Shown: positions 42,065 through 55,442 of the stretch, one piece after another
Layout of the letters: every line of letters starts with the position of its first letter
Numbering within the stretch: position 1 is the stretch's first letter
Assembly: GCA_963785725.1 (NCBI GenBank)
Contig: CAWAWS010000007.1
Coordinates: forward strand, 64,001-128,000
Direction of reading: 5' to 3'
Length of the DNA: 64,000 nucleotides
From: an uncultured delta proteobacterium
GTDB lineage: Bacteria; Myxococcota_A; Polyangia; Palsa-1104
Notes under the pieces: generated by a model
What the model saw: only the letters and a program-made list of their open reading frames with translations
What the model was told of the DNA's origin: nothing
Database searches by the model: none
Program-made: the position numbers and the translations under genes

Positions 42065-42784
42065 CTATGGCGTGCGACGCCGCCATTCGCGCTCACCCGG
42101 TAATTCCCGGTGAATCGACCAGATGACCCAAGGTCGGCCGTCGATATCGAGCACCCATGGCTGTCCGCGATTGCGCGCGATCAGCTGGTCGAGCTCGGGC
42201 TCGAATCGTCCTTCCAACAACAGCGTATGAATCGACCTCTTTTCAGTCACTGTCGGCGCGCCCCAGGCTTTGGGCCACGAGACGATTCGTCCGCCGCCGC
42301 TCGGCTGCAGCGTCAGCTCGAGCATGTGCGCTGTCCAAGGCCGAGCGCGGGCGTTCCGATAGTGCGCGATCGATGCGAGCGCGTTCGAGAGCGGCTTCGG
42401 CAGCCGCGTCGCCGAGCCTGAATCAGCGCCATAAACAGCGACACATTTTCGCTCTCGACTCCAAACGCAGACTCGCGTCGTCGTCTGATCGGTGAGCTCG
42501 GAGAGCCGATACTCGTTCTTCAGTGTCGGCCATGCTGCGAGCGGGGTCATGATGTCGGCGCGTTCGCGATCGCTCAGCTCCACCGAGCGAAACTGACCCT
42601 GGTCATCCTGAAACAGTGCGTTGCCATTGGCGTACAGGACGAAGGTCGTCGTCTCCGCTCCGTCGTCACGAATGGAACGATCGCATTCGGTGACGACGAC
42701 TCGCGGCGACGCGTGTCGCGAATCGGCGCGCGCGACGCCCGCGAGCGCGCACAAAATGACGGGGACGTCGAGCCGGTCGATCAT
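42065..42784 (-). CDS. Hypothetical exported protein
   Basis: Signal-like N-terminus and atypical codon usage. No family recognised. Confidence 0.5.
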   Translation of the reverse strand: MIDRLDVPVILCALAGVARADSRHASPRVVVTECDRSIRDDGAETTTFVLYANGNALFQDDQGQFRSVELSDRERADIMTPLAAWPTLKNEYRLSELTDQTTTRVCVWSRERKCVAVYGADSGSATRLPKPLSNALASIAHYRNARARPWTAHMLELTLQPSGGGRIVSWPKAWGAPTVTEKRSIHTLLLEGRFEPELDQLIARNRGQPWVLDIDGRPWVIWSIHRELPGEREWRRRTP

Positions 42785-42847
42785 CGCGGAGTCGTCGTTC
42801 GAGACGCGCTCAGTCTCGTCCGGCGATGGCGTGCGGTCTACCGATTT

Positions 42848-44197
42848 CTAAGGATTGACGAGCGGGCCGAGCGCGTCGGCGAACGTCCAGCCCTGGCTCT
42901 GGTCGATGTCGATCGTCCAATCGAAGGCGCCGCGCAGCGTCGGATACTTCGCCTGCACGGCGTTCCACGCGGTGATGGCGTCGCCGATGGCCCAGTAGTT
43001 CGGCTGATTCCAGATGCCGAAGCCGACGACGACTTTGTCGGCGCCGATGAGGCCGACCCAGGTGTCGATGTTGCCGACGAGATACGACGTCTCGGCCAAG
43101 TTGGGGCCGTCGTAATATTGCGGCGCCGCGTAGTCGAGCGCGCCCGCTTGCGCCATCGCTTGGCAGAACGTCTGGTCGACGGGATTCCACGGCGCCGGCG
43201 GCGCGGTGACGAGGAAGCCGGGATACATCGACTTGAGCTGCAGGCTGGACCAGATCATCTCGCTCGTGTCGGGGGATTGGCTGCCTTCGAAGGTGTTCCA
43301 GTCGAGGCCGTCGAAGCCGCCGAATTGCGTGTAGAGCGCGGCGATGCTGGCGACGAACGCCTGCGACTTGGCGCGCGTCGGGAAGCTCATGCCGTTGCCG
43401 GCGCCGCCGACGCTGAGGATGATCTTGCGGCCCTGCACGCTGCGCGCGTATTGCAAGTCGGCGACGAAGTTGGTGGCGGCGCCGAGGCCGTCGCCGGGCG
43501 GCGTCCAGGTGACGGCGCCGGTCGTGCCCGGCGCGCCGCCGACGGGCGTGGCCGCGAACAAGTAGACGACGTTGTAATGCGCGTCGATGTCGCGAATCCG
43601 CGGCGGCGACGGCGTCCAGTTCGGGTAGTAGCCGGCGACGATCTTGCTCGCCGGCGGCGGGGGGTTGGTGGTCCCGGTCGTCGCCGTCGGATGCCACAGC
43701 TGCGCGACGGTGCCGTTGCAGTCCCAAATCTGCACTTTGGTGCCGTTGGCCGTGCCTTGCGCGTTGATGTCGACGCACTTGCCGCTGTTGCTGTTGACGA
43801 TCGTGACCGCGCCGCCGCCGGCGTCGTCGATGCTGAACGACTGCGCGCCCGAGCCGTTGCAGTCCCACAGCTGGATCTGCGTGCCATCGGCCGTGCCGGC
43901 GCCGCTGACGTCGACGCATTTGCCGCTGTTGGGGTTCACCAACCGCGACAAGCCGCCGCCCAAGTCGTCGACGCGGAATGACTGCGCGACGGTGCCGTTG
44001 CAGTCCCATTCTTGGACGATCGTCCCGTCGCTGGTTCCGGCGGCGTTCACGTCGAGACACTTGTTGGTGCCGACGCCGGCGCCGAATTGGTAGGTCGCGG
44101 CCGTGAGCGACGACGCGACGGCGCCTTGCGACGACGGCGCGTTGGCACAGCCGGCGACGCCGGCGAGCACGAGCACGACGGTAAAGGAGTTGCGCAT
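42848..44197 (-). CDS. Ricin-B (CBM13) + GH18 chitinase-like lipoprotein
   Basis: VAGC lipobox, three QxWDCNG repeats, AGYYPNW, IILSVGG, FDGLDWNTFE, PQYY. Confidence 0.82.
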   Translation of the reverse strand: MRNSFTVVLVLAGVAGCANAPSSQGAVASSLTAATYQFGAGVGTNKCLDVNAAGTSDGTIVQEWDCNGTVAQSFRVDDLGGGLSRLVNPNSGKCVDVSGAGTADGTQIQLWDCNGSGAQSFSIDDAGGGAVTIVNSNSGKCVDINAQGTANGTKVQIWDCNGTVAQLWHPTATTGTTNPPPPASKIVAGYYPNWTPSPPRIRDIDAHYNVVYLFAATPVGGAPGTTGAVTWTPPGDGLGAATNFVADLQYARSVQGRKIILSVGGAGNGMSFPTRAKSQAFVASIAALYTQFGGFDGLDWNTFEGSQSPDTSEMIWSSLQLKSMYPGFLVTAPPAPWNPVDQTFCQAMAQAGALDYAAPQYYDGPNLAETSYLVGNIDTWVGLIGADKVVVGFGIWNQPNYWAIGDAITAWNAVQAKYPTLRGAFDWTIDIDQSQGWTFADALGPLVNP

Positions 44198-44270
44198 GGC
44201 GGAGCCTCTCGTGTGGCTCGACGGAGCCGTGTCGGCCGCGCGTGCCGGCGGCGTGTGCGGCCGCGCAGTC

Positions 44271-44285
44271 GCATGTGTCGTGCCA
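44271..44285 (-). promoter_or_regulatory. sigma54 promoter
   Basis: Minus strand TGGCACGACACATGC (GG-N10-GC), upstream of the GH18 gene. Confidence 0.65.
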
Positions 44286-44374
44286 GCGCAGCGGCGCGCG
44301 ATTGCCGCGGCTTAGGCGGCGATTGCCGTCGCTGATTGTCTCAGCCGCGAGGCAATCGGGGCGCGCGCTCTCAC

Positions 44375-47239
<2,865 letters not shown>

Positions 47240-47327
47240 CGCCACGCAAGAAGTAGCACATCGGATCGGCGGGGCCAGCGCCGTCAGCGTCATTGTGTCG
47301 TGGCGATCGGTCTCCTAAGATGCGGCG

Positions 47328-48536
47328 ATGTCCGGCCGCGCCTCGGTGCACATCGGTCCGCTTCGGCTGCGCTGTCCGCCGGGCTATACGCTGTCGTCGC
47401 TGCGGACCTCCGACGATCCGCTGCTGGACGCGCTCTTGCGCAGCTCGCCCGAGCACACGATCTATCACGAGCGACCGTTCATCGAGCTGCAGGCGCGCGA
47501 AGGCAACGTCGACCTCATCGTCGTCTGCAAAGACGGCCACTTCGTCTTCGCCATGCCCGTCTTCGTCGAGACGATCGGCTGCTTCAACACCAGCTTCAGC
47601 GGCATCCTCTTTCCCGCCTCGCCCAAGACGCTGAAGCGCGCGGTGCAGGCCGTGTTCGAGCTGCTCGCCGCCAACCCGCACGTGCGCCGCTTCGAGGTCG
47701 TGCAGACGATCTTGAGCGCCGGCGCCCGCGATCCGGCGCGACGCGTGCTCATCGACTGCCTCTTGGCCGAGCACGCGCCGCCGCAGTCGGTCGCCGATCT
47801 CTTCACGCGCGTGCGCACGCTCGAGCCGCCGGCGCAGCCGCTGCCACGCGTCGATCAATCGGGGACGCTGCGGCCGGCCGAGCTCGACGGCGAGCTCTTG
47901 CGTTCGTACGAGCCCGACCTGCGCAATCAGATCCGCCAGGCCGAGCGCAACGGCCTGACGCTCGACTTCCACATCCTCACCAGCGACGACGCGGCGCGCA
48001 TCGAGGCGGCCTATCGCGACTTCGCGCCCATGCACGCCGAGAGCTGGCGGCGCACGGGCGCAAACCCGCACACGCTGCAGTATTGGCGGGGCCTGTCGCG
48101 CGCGGTCACGGCGGTCGGTGGCGTCGACGTCGTCGTCATCGCCCGCGACGGCGGCGACATCGTCGCCGGCGTAACCTGTCACGTCCTCGGCGACGCCGCG
48201 ATCTACATGAGCGGCGGCAGCCTGCCGCCCGGCCTCAAGAAGCGCGGCAATCCGCTCAGCTTGCACGCCGCGATCTCGCTCTGTCGTCGCCTCGGCGTCC
48301 GCTGGTTCGAGATCGGCCGCTTCGAGCCGCACGAGAGCGACAAGCTCAAAGCGATCACCCACTACAAGTCGCAGTTCGGCGGCAGCTTGTATCGCGTGGC
48401 CAACCTGCGCGTCGCGCGCAGCGAGTGGCGCCCGGTGCTGCTCGACGAGGCGTGGCGTTTTCGCTATCGCATGCCGGCGCACTATCCGCGGCTGTGGTCG
48501 ATCGTGAGCGCGCTCTTGCCGCCGCCGCAGCAATAG
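47328..48536 (+). CDS. GNAT/FemAB-like acyltransferase
   Basis: LRNQIRQAERNGL, AIYMSGGS, G.RWFEIG, YKSQFGG. Confidence 0.7.
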   Translation: MSGRASVHIGPLRLRCPPGYTLSSLRTSDDPLLDALLRSSPEHTIYHERPFIELQAREGNVDLIVVCKDGHFVFAMPVFVETIGCFNTSFSGILFPASPKTLKRAVQAVFELLAANPHVRRFEVVQTILSAGARDPARRVLIDCLLAEHAPPQSVADLFTRVRTLEPPAQPLPRVDQSGTLRPAELDGELLRSYEPDLRNQIRQAERNGLTLDFHILTSDDAARIEAAYRDFAPMHAESWRRTGANPHTLQYWRGLSRAVTAVGGVDVVVIARDGGDIVAGVTCHVLGDAAIYMSGGSLPPGLKKRGNPLSLHAAISLCRRLGVRWFEIGRFEPHESDKLKAITHYKSQFGGSLYRVANLRVARSEWRPVLLDEAWRFRYRMPAHYPRLWSIVSALLPPPQQ

Positions 48537-48565
48537 TCGCCGCCGCGCATGTTACGGTCGCGCCG

Positions 48566-49528
48566 ATGAGCATTCGCGTGCACGTCTACGATGACGCCGG
48601 CTACTCCGTTCGCGACGGCAGCGCCGAGGTGCCGGCGCTGCTCGCCACCGGCGCGCGCTTGTGGATCGAGGCCGCCGATCGCGATCCCGGCCTGGCCGAG
48701 TTCCTCGAGCGCGACCTCGGGCTGCATCCGCTGACGGTCGAGGATCTGCTGCAAGATCGACCGGCGCCCAAGATCGAGGACTACGGCCAGTCGCTCTACG
48801 TCGTCGCGCACGGTCTCGTCGTGCAGCCGGAGGGCCAGCTGGCGACGGTCGAGATCGACCTCGTCTGGAGCGCGCAGTGGATCTTGACCCATCGCTGCGG
48901 GCCGGTCGCCATCATCGACGCCGTCGCCGCCGACCTGTCGCGCAACGCGCAGGCGCTGCAGCGCGGGCCGGCGTTCGTGGCGCACGCCGTGCTCGATCGG
49001 CTCGTCGACTCGTACCTGCCGGTCGTCGACGATTGGGACGATCAGGTCGAGGCCATCGAGACGGCGGTCGTCAACGATCCGTCGCCGAAGGTCTTGCAGC
49101 AGATCTTTCACTTGAAGCGCGCGCTGCAGCAGCTGCGTCGTTCGGGGCTGCATCAGCGCGAGGTCCTGTACCGCTTGTCGCGCGGCGAGTTCGCGCTCGT
49201 CTCGGGCGACGCGCTGCCGTTCTATCGCGACGTCTACGATCACTTCCTGCGCGTGACCGATCTCGGCGACGGCTATCGCGAGCTGCTCTCGAGCGCGCTC
49301 GACGCCTATTTGTCGGTGGTGTCGAATCGCATGAACGAGGTGATGAAGACGTTGACGCTGGTGTCGACGGTTCTCCTGCCGATGACGTTCGTGGCCGGCG
49401 TCTACGGCATGAACTTCGACCACATGCCCGAGCTGCACTGGAAATTTGGTTACCTGGTGGCGTGGTCGGTCATGCTGACGATCGGCGGCGGGATGGTCTG
49501 GTGGTTCAAGACCCGCAAGTGGCTGTGA
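48566..49528 (+). CDS. corA: Magnesium/cobalt transporter CorA
   Basis: LGLHPLTVED, YRDVYDH, MNEVMKTLT, YGMNF, MPEL. Confidence 0.93.
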   Translation: MSIRVHVYDDAGYSVRDGSAEVPALLATGARLWIEAADRDPGLAEFLERDLGLHPLTVEDLLQDRPAPKIEDYGQSLYVVAHGLVVQPEGQLATVEIDLVWSAQWILTHRCGPVAIIDAVAADLSRNAQALQRGPAFVAHAVLDRLVDSYLPVVDDWDDQVEAIETAVVNDPSPKVLQQIFHLKRALQQLRRSGLHQREVLYRLSRGEFALVSGDALPFYRDVYDHFLRVTDLGDGYRELLSSALDAYLSVVSNRMNEVMKTLTLVSTVLLPMTFVAGVYGMNFDHMPELHWKFGYLVAWSVMLTIGGGMVWWFKTRKWL

Positions 49529-49592
49529 CGCTCTTTAGCGCACTAATCCGCGCCATCCGACTCGACGCTGCTCGGTAAACGCGTCCGTCGTG

Positions 49593-50729
49593 TCAAGGAG
49601 CGGTCTTCACCCATTTTAGAGATACTCTCGTCTCTACGCGCTCCTTCCATGGGTATTGCACGCTGACCGGTTCAGGCCGGCTCTTTTCGAACAGCATTGA
49701 GAGATCGAAGTGGACGCCAATCGCGTCAGGGCGCGAAGCGGCGTAGCCGGCGCGGCACAGCCAGCGCGAGATCGATGCCGGCGGTGTTGCCTGCGCCACC
49801 CGCTCCGCGACCAGGCGCAGTGCATAACGATCGAACGCGCGGCGTCCGGACGGCATCACCACCCGCGTGCGCGTCACGTTGCCCGCGCCGTCGACGGTAA
49901 TTTCGAGCTCGACCTCGAGCCAGCTGGCGGGATCGCCGGTCGCCGCCATGACCGCCTCCTGCTGTGACAGCGGCAGCGAGCGCAGGTTGAGTCCCTCGGG
50001 CGCGCCGGTGAAACCCTGTTGGGAGGCCGCCGTCGGGGTGTCGGCGCTGAAGCGGAGGCCGTGACTGTCGGGATCGACAGGATGGCGCAGCCGATCCTCG
50101 CCACCCTGGATCACGGCCGCCTGCTGCTTGAGGTATGTGTCGAGGCGATCGAGCGCGCGCGCCACCTTTCCCGCCGCCGCCTCGTGCACGACGTCGAGGG
50201 GCGGATGGAAGCTCTGCAGCAACTCGCGCTCGACCTCGCGCCACACGGGATCGACCTGGCCGGCGCGCGTGCGCGCCGTAGCGGCGGAATCGTCGAGCCA
50301 ACCGCCCGGCGTCTCGCGACCGCGGTCACGCCCTGGCTCGTCGTTCGGGTGCGGCGCCGCGAGCCTCTCGAGAAGCTCGTGCGGAAACAGCTGCGCCGGT
50401 CCGCGCGTGCCCGCCACCGGCGCCGCGCGTGTAGGCTCGACCACAATCGACGGTGGCGACATCGTTGCCACCGTTTGGCGCGTGAGCGGGGTGGTGCGAT
50501 GGCGCGTAACCGCCGGGCGCGGCGCAACCTCGTCGGCTGGCCGCTGCATCCGCGCATCGGCTGCATGCCGCGTCGGCTGCGGCACGTGCACCGGTCGCGT
50601 CCACTCGATCTCGATAGCGCGCAATGACAGCGCCGTCACCGTCGCTGGCGGCGGCACCAGCCCCAGCAACGCCGCGGCGAGCGCATGCAGCGCGAGCGCC
50701 GCGAAGAACGCCCGCGTCCGACGCCCCAC
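49593..50729 (-). CDS. TonB C-terminal-like membrane-anchored protein
   Basis: N-terminal ALHA TM, Pro-rich linker, VELEITVDGAGNV...PSGRRAFDRYAL. Confidence 0.6.
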   Translation of the reverse strand: MGRRTRAFFAALALHALAAALLGLVPPPATVTALSLRAIEIEWTRPVHVPQPTRHAADARMQRPADEVAPRPAVTRHRTTPLTRQTVATMSPPSIVVEPTRAAPVAGTRGPAQLFPHELLERLAAPHPNDEPGRDRGRETPGGWLDDSAATARTRAGQVDPVWREVERELLQSFHPPLDVVHEAAAGKVARALDRLDTYLKQQAAVIQGGEDRLRHPVDPDSHGLRFSADTPTAASQQGFTGAPEGLNLRSLPLSQQEAVMAATGDPASWLEVELEITVDGAGNVTRTRVVMPSGRRAFDRYALRLVAERVAQATPPASISRWLCRAGYAASRPDAIGVHFDLSMLFEKSRPEPVSVQYPWKERVETRVSLKWVKTAP

Positions 50730-50911
50730 GGCTCGTCAGACGCGCGCAGGTGTCACACGGTTGTCTGCTCAATCGTTGGTGGCTATCGCGGAGGGATTGG
50801 ATTTTCTAAGCGGAGCGATTGGTTCGTCCAATGGCTCGACGGGTGTGGCGGATTGTCGCGCGTGATTCCGCAGATGTTTTACGCGAGCCCTGAAATCCGC
50901 GGGGTGTCGAC

Positions 50912-52447
50912 CTACAGCGACTTCAAGAACGCTTCCAAGTCGCGCTTTTCCTGCGCCGTGAAGCCGATGTCGAAGCGCGTGTCGTAGAAGTCGACCACGT
51001 CGCTGACGCCGGCGGCCGAGCCGTTGTGGAAGTAGGGCGCGCGACCGGCGATGCCGCGCAAGATCGGCCCCTTGAACTTGCCGACGTCCGCCCAGTGGCC
51101 GGTGATGAGCGCGCGGCCCGGGTCGGTCGTCTGCACGGTGACGCCGGTGGTCTTGTTGCGCAAGGTGTAGAGCGGCATGTCGGACGTGCGGCGCGACGCG
51201 TCGGCGATGCCGATGTTGAGCGGCAGCGCGACCGAGTGGTGACCGTAGTTGGGCGAGTCGTGGCAGGTCGTGCAGGTGCCGGCGATGGTCGACTTGCCGA
51301 GCGCGTCGTTCAAGCCGCCGACGCCGGTGATGGCGATGGGCTTGGTGTTGAACAGCGCTTCACCGCGGGCGATGCTGGCGCGCGCCTCGGCTTCGTTGCG
51401 GCTGTCGCAGCCATTGCCGTGCTGGCCGTAGCTCTTGTCGGCGTTGTTCCACGCCTGGTAAATGTCGAACACCGTCGACGAGAAGAGCGCGCCCGTCTTG
51501 GAGTCGCCGGCGAGCACGTCGTTGATGCCGAGATAGAACGTCTGCGTCGCCAGCGCCGCCGGGCCGCCGTTGGCGCCGCCGACGTCGAGGCTGCCGGCAT
51601 TCTCGTCGCTGAGCTGCGCCGTGTGCAAGCTGGTCTCGAAGGCGACGATGGCCGCGCGATCCGCCGTGCTCAACGCCTGCAGCGCCTGCGCGTGCATCAC
51701 CGTCGCGTCGTTGGCCTGCGTGTTCAGGTCGAGCGCGATGGCCTGGCCGGCGACGTTCTCGCGACCGTCCCACATCACCGTCGACAGCGTCGTCGCGCCC
51801 GCGCCCGTGCCCAGGTTCGTCGTCGGCAGCGGGCGGCGAAACAGCGAGAGCTCGGCGGCGCTGGCGTAATGATACGGATCGTCGACCGACTCGAGCGTGA
51901 ACTCCGCCGTCGCCGGGATCGCGAGGCCGATGCGAATGACCGCGCGATCGAGCAGCATGCTGTACGCCTTCAACCGCTTCGCCGTCGTCGACACGTCGGC
52001 GTTGGGCGAGTTGGCGCCGTCGACGAGCCGGAACAGCGGATCTTGCCCGAACTTCTTGTCGTCATGCTCCGCCTTGCACTTATAAGGATCGCGCAAGCAG
52101 TCGAGGTTGTCCGTCTGCAGCGGGTTGGTGAAGCGCAGCTGCACGACCTCGGGCGTAATCGTCCAGCCCGCCGCCGGCACGTGGCAGTGAATGCAGGCGC
52201 GATCGTTGGTCCCGAATGACTTGAAGAACGGGTGCTGGCTCGGCTGCTTCAGCGCCGTCACCGCGCTGCCCTGCGCGATGGTCTCGAGCGTGCCCGAATC
52301 GTCGCGCGACGCGAGGCTCAGGCTCGTCGACGTCGCCGGCACGCTGTTCGTCGCCAAGGCCTCGACGGTGGCGCCTTCATCCGGCGTCCCGACGCAACCG
52401 ACGACCGACAGAGCCAAGCAGACCAGAACCGCGCGACGTGAGCCCAT
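50912..52447 (-). CDS. Di-heme cytochrome c lipoprotein (bCcP/MauG superfamily)
   Basis: GGGAGG RBS, VVGC lipobox, CIHCH and [28 protein letters not shown]...APYFHNGS. Confidence 0.85.
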   Translation of the reverse strand: MGSRRAVLVCLALSVVGCVGTPDEGATVEALATNSVPATSTSLSLASRDDSGTLETIAQGSAVTALKQPSQHPFFKSFGTNDRACIHCHVPAAGWTITPEVVQLRFTNPLQTDNLDCLRDPYKCKAEHDDKKFGQDPLFRLVDGANSPNADVSTTAKRLKAYSMLLDRAVIRIGLAIPATAEFTLESVDDPYHYASAAELSLFRRPLPTTNLGTGAGATTLSTVMWDGRENVAGQAIALDLNTQANDATVMHAQALQALSTADRAAIVAFETSLHTAQLSDENAGSLDVGGANGGPAALATQTFYLGINDVLAGDSKTGALFSSTVFDIYQAWNNADKSYGQHGNGCDSRNEAEARASIARGEALFNTKPIAITGVGGLNDALGKSTIAGTCTTCHDSPNYGHHSVALPLNIGIADASRRTSDMPLYTLRNKTTGVTVQTTDPGRALITGHWADVGKFKGPILRGIAGRAPYFHNGSAAGVSDVVDFYDTRFDIGFTAQEKRDLEAFLKSL

Positions 52448-52917
52448 TGTACTTGTCCTCCCGCGGCATCTCGTCGCCGCGTGCAGAGGCCTATTACAGG
52501 TGTCGTGCCGAAGGCGATTCTGTGGGTTTACGTGGCCAGCCGGCGCTCATCGACTCCACTGAATTCCGATCGCCGATAACCGCCTCCATTGCAGCATCGC
52601 GCAATCGCACGCCAATCACCGAAATGCCTGCGCCCTGGGTTTATTCGTCCCCACCATTCCGGATTCCGGGGAATGCGCGCTCGGAAGCGGTACCGTGCCG
52701 TACCAATCGATATCGGCGTGCTGGCGCAGCGACGGGCGCGTCGTTATTCGTACGAGCGATTGCCGGTGAAATTAGAAGCGCTGATATCGGTTATGCGCGA
52801 TATCCGCGATTAAAATGATATTCGCGTCGATATCGATTCGATTGATTGCGATATAAGGTGTAATCGATATCGTATGGCTGCGAATCAATATGCGATTGAT
52901 TGCGCGCTGGCTGACGC

Positions 52918-53409
52918 TCACGAACCCGCGAGCACGCCGCGGATGAACGGCCCTTTGGCGTCGGCGTAGGCGTTGCCGTCCGTGAAGCGCGGCGCCAGCG
53001 CGCGCTTGAGCCGCTCGTACTCGGCCGCGAGCGCGCGGTCGGCGCGCAGCCGGTCGCGGAACGCCAGGTGGTGGCGCTCCCAATCGCTGCCGGCCAGGCA
53101 CAGATGAAGATGCGCGAGCCGCTTGCCGTCGGGCGCTTGCAGGCGGAAGAGCCGATGTGCCGGCTCGTCGTCGGGCCGATATTCGTAGCCGAGCTGCGCG
53201 AGCGGCAGGCGATAGCGCGACTCGGGCTCGAAGGAGGCCACCGACAGCTGCAGATCGATGATGTCTTTGGCCGCCAGCTCGGGCACCGACGTCGAGCCGA
53301 TGTGCTCGAGTCGCACGATGGTCGCGCCCAGCGCGGCCACGAGGCGCGCCGACTCGCGCGCAAACCGCGCCGGCCACTCGCAATCATAAGCGACGATCTC
53401 GATGTGCAT
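52918..53409 (-). CDS. GrpB family protein
   Basis: EHIGSTSVPELAAKDIID, HLAFRDRLR, YERLK, YADAK. Confidence 0.9.
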   Translation of the reverse strand: MHIEIVAYDCEWPARFARESARLVAALGATIVRLEHIGSTSVPELAAKDIIDLQLSVASFEPESRYRLPLAQLGYEYRPDDEPAHRLFRLQAPDGKRLAHLHLCLAGSDWERHHLAFRDRLRADRALAAEYERLKRALAPRFTDGNAYADAKGPFIRGVLAGS

Positions 53410-53475
53410 GGCGCGAGAGCTTACTGCGCCGCGCGGTTGGGCCACGCGATCGCGATCACGCGGGCCGGCGAGGCG

Positions 53476-53882
53476 TCAGGCGACCGAAGACTTCAGGCAG
53501 TCGCCGATGCTGAGCTCGACGTCGCTGCGCAAGAGGTTGGCCAGGCTCTCCAGCTCCGCGGACGAGATGCCGAGATGCTCGTGCAGCCGGCCGCGCACCG
53601 CTTCCTGCAGCTGCTCGAGGCAGACGCCGATGCGACGATAGATCGTCGAGCGGTTGACCTTGAAGAGCTTGCCCAGCTCCTCGAGGTTGAGGCCGTCGAC
53701 GAAGTGCAGCTTCAACATGAGGCGCTGCTCGCTCGCCAGCTTGCGCATGGCGCCGCTCAGCGCGTCCTGCAACAGCGGCCGATAGCGGTTGCGCAGGAGC
53801 TGCAGCTCGGGGCTGGCCGCCGTCGCCGCCGGCCGAGTGCGCCGCGTCGGCGTCGCGCCGGGCGCGCTGCAGATCGATCGCC
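53476..53882 (-). pseudogene. 5'-truncated myxobacterial-type ECF sigma factor (end of region 2 plus region 4)
   Basis: AIDLQRARR...(frameshift about 53820)...SPELQLL...LKLHFVDGLNLEELGKLFKVNRSTIYRR. No N-terminus present. Confidence 0.7.
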
Positions 53883-55442
53883 TGGAATCCAACGCGGCGC
53901 GCGCAGCTCGAGGCCGTCCTCACGCAAGGCGGCCAACCTTACGCCGGCAGCATCGCCGCCACCGTCGCCAACCTGCTCGACGACTACGCGGCGCGCTGGT
54001 CGGCCATGCGCCGCGACGCCTGCGAGGAGACCGAAGTGCGCCACGCGCAGCCGGAGTCGGTGCTGGCGCTGCGCAACGCCTGCCTCGACCAGCGGCAACA
54101 GGCGGCGGAGGCGACGATCGCTTACTTGGCGACGGCCGATGCCAAGCTCATGGCGCAGGCGCCGCAAGTGGTGTCGTCGCTGGCCACGCTGCACGAGTGC
54201 GGCGACACGCAGGCGCTGTTGGCGCGGCTACCGCCGCCCAAGGATCAGGCGCAGGCCGAGCACGTCCGCGCGTTGCGCGCGCGCATCGACAAAGTCGCGG
54301 TCATGCAGAACGCCAGCCACACCAGCGAGACGCTGCCGATCATCGAGCCCATTCTGAAGGAGGCGCGCGCCATCGGCTACGCGCCCACCATCGCCGTCGC
54401 CAGCTATCGGCTCGGCTTCGCCTACGTCGCGGTCGGCAAGTACAAAGAGGCCGAAGCGATGCTGCAGGAGTCGGCCGAGTGGGCCGAGCGCGGCCACGAC
54501 GACGAGACGGCCGAGCGCGCCTGGCTCTCCTTGTGCGAGCTCGTCGGCGTGCGCCAGCATCGCGCGCAGGACGGCGAGGTCTGGCGGCGCTACGCGGCGG
54601 CGGCCGAGGAGCGGCGCGGCTCGCCCGACGACGACACCACCGGCCCGCTGCTCGTCTGCGAGCAGGATCTGACGCAGATCGAAGGCAAGCTCGACGAGGC
54701 GCTCGGCTACGCGCGGCGCAACGCGGCCGTCCGCACCGGTCTGCACAACGAGCTCGAAGCGGCCGAGGCCGACGACAACATCGCCATCATCCTGTCGCTG
54801 CAAGGACGCGTCGCCGAGACCGATGCCGTCTTCGCGCGCGTCCTCGCCGTGCACGAGAAGCTGCTCGGGCGCGACCATCCGTCGACGACGACGTCGCGCG
54901 AGAACGCCAGCTTTGCGCTCTTGATGCAGCATCGCTTCGCCGACGTGCTGCCGCTCTTGCAACAGGGGCTACGCGAGCGGCTGGCCAGCTTCGGCGAGAA
55001 GGACGGCGACACGGCGCAGGCCGAGGCCAGCTTGGGCCAGGCGCTGGGCGGGCTCGGTCGCGTCGCCGAGGCCGAGGCGATGAACACGCGCGCGCTCGCC
55101 AACTACACGGCGCTGACGGGATTGGACAGCCCCGACCTCATCGATCCGCTGACCTTCGCCGGCCGCTACGCCTTGCAGCGCGGCGCGGCGACCGAGGCGC
55201 TGACGTCGCTGGAGCGGGCGCTCGTGCTGGCGAAGAAGGCGGCCGGGACCGCGCTCGACTCGGCGGAGATCAACCTCTTGTTGGCGCAGGCGCTGCACAA
55301 GGCGCATCGCGACGAGCCGCGCGCCCGCCAGCTCGCGACGGCCGCGCGCGACGCCTGGACCGAGGCCGTGCACAAATATGGCGGCGTGAACATCTACGCG
55401 CAGCGGGCCCAAGCCGCGCAGGACTGGCTCGACGGTCGCTAA
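53880..55442 (+). pseudogene. 5'-truncated TPR region of a myxobacterial-type Ser/Thr kinase
   Basis: AWNPTRR...PYA...LDDYAARWSAMRRDAC...LRNACLDQR, followed by kinesin-light-chain-type TPRs (LGRDHP). The kinase domain is absent. Confidence 0.65.
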
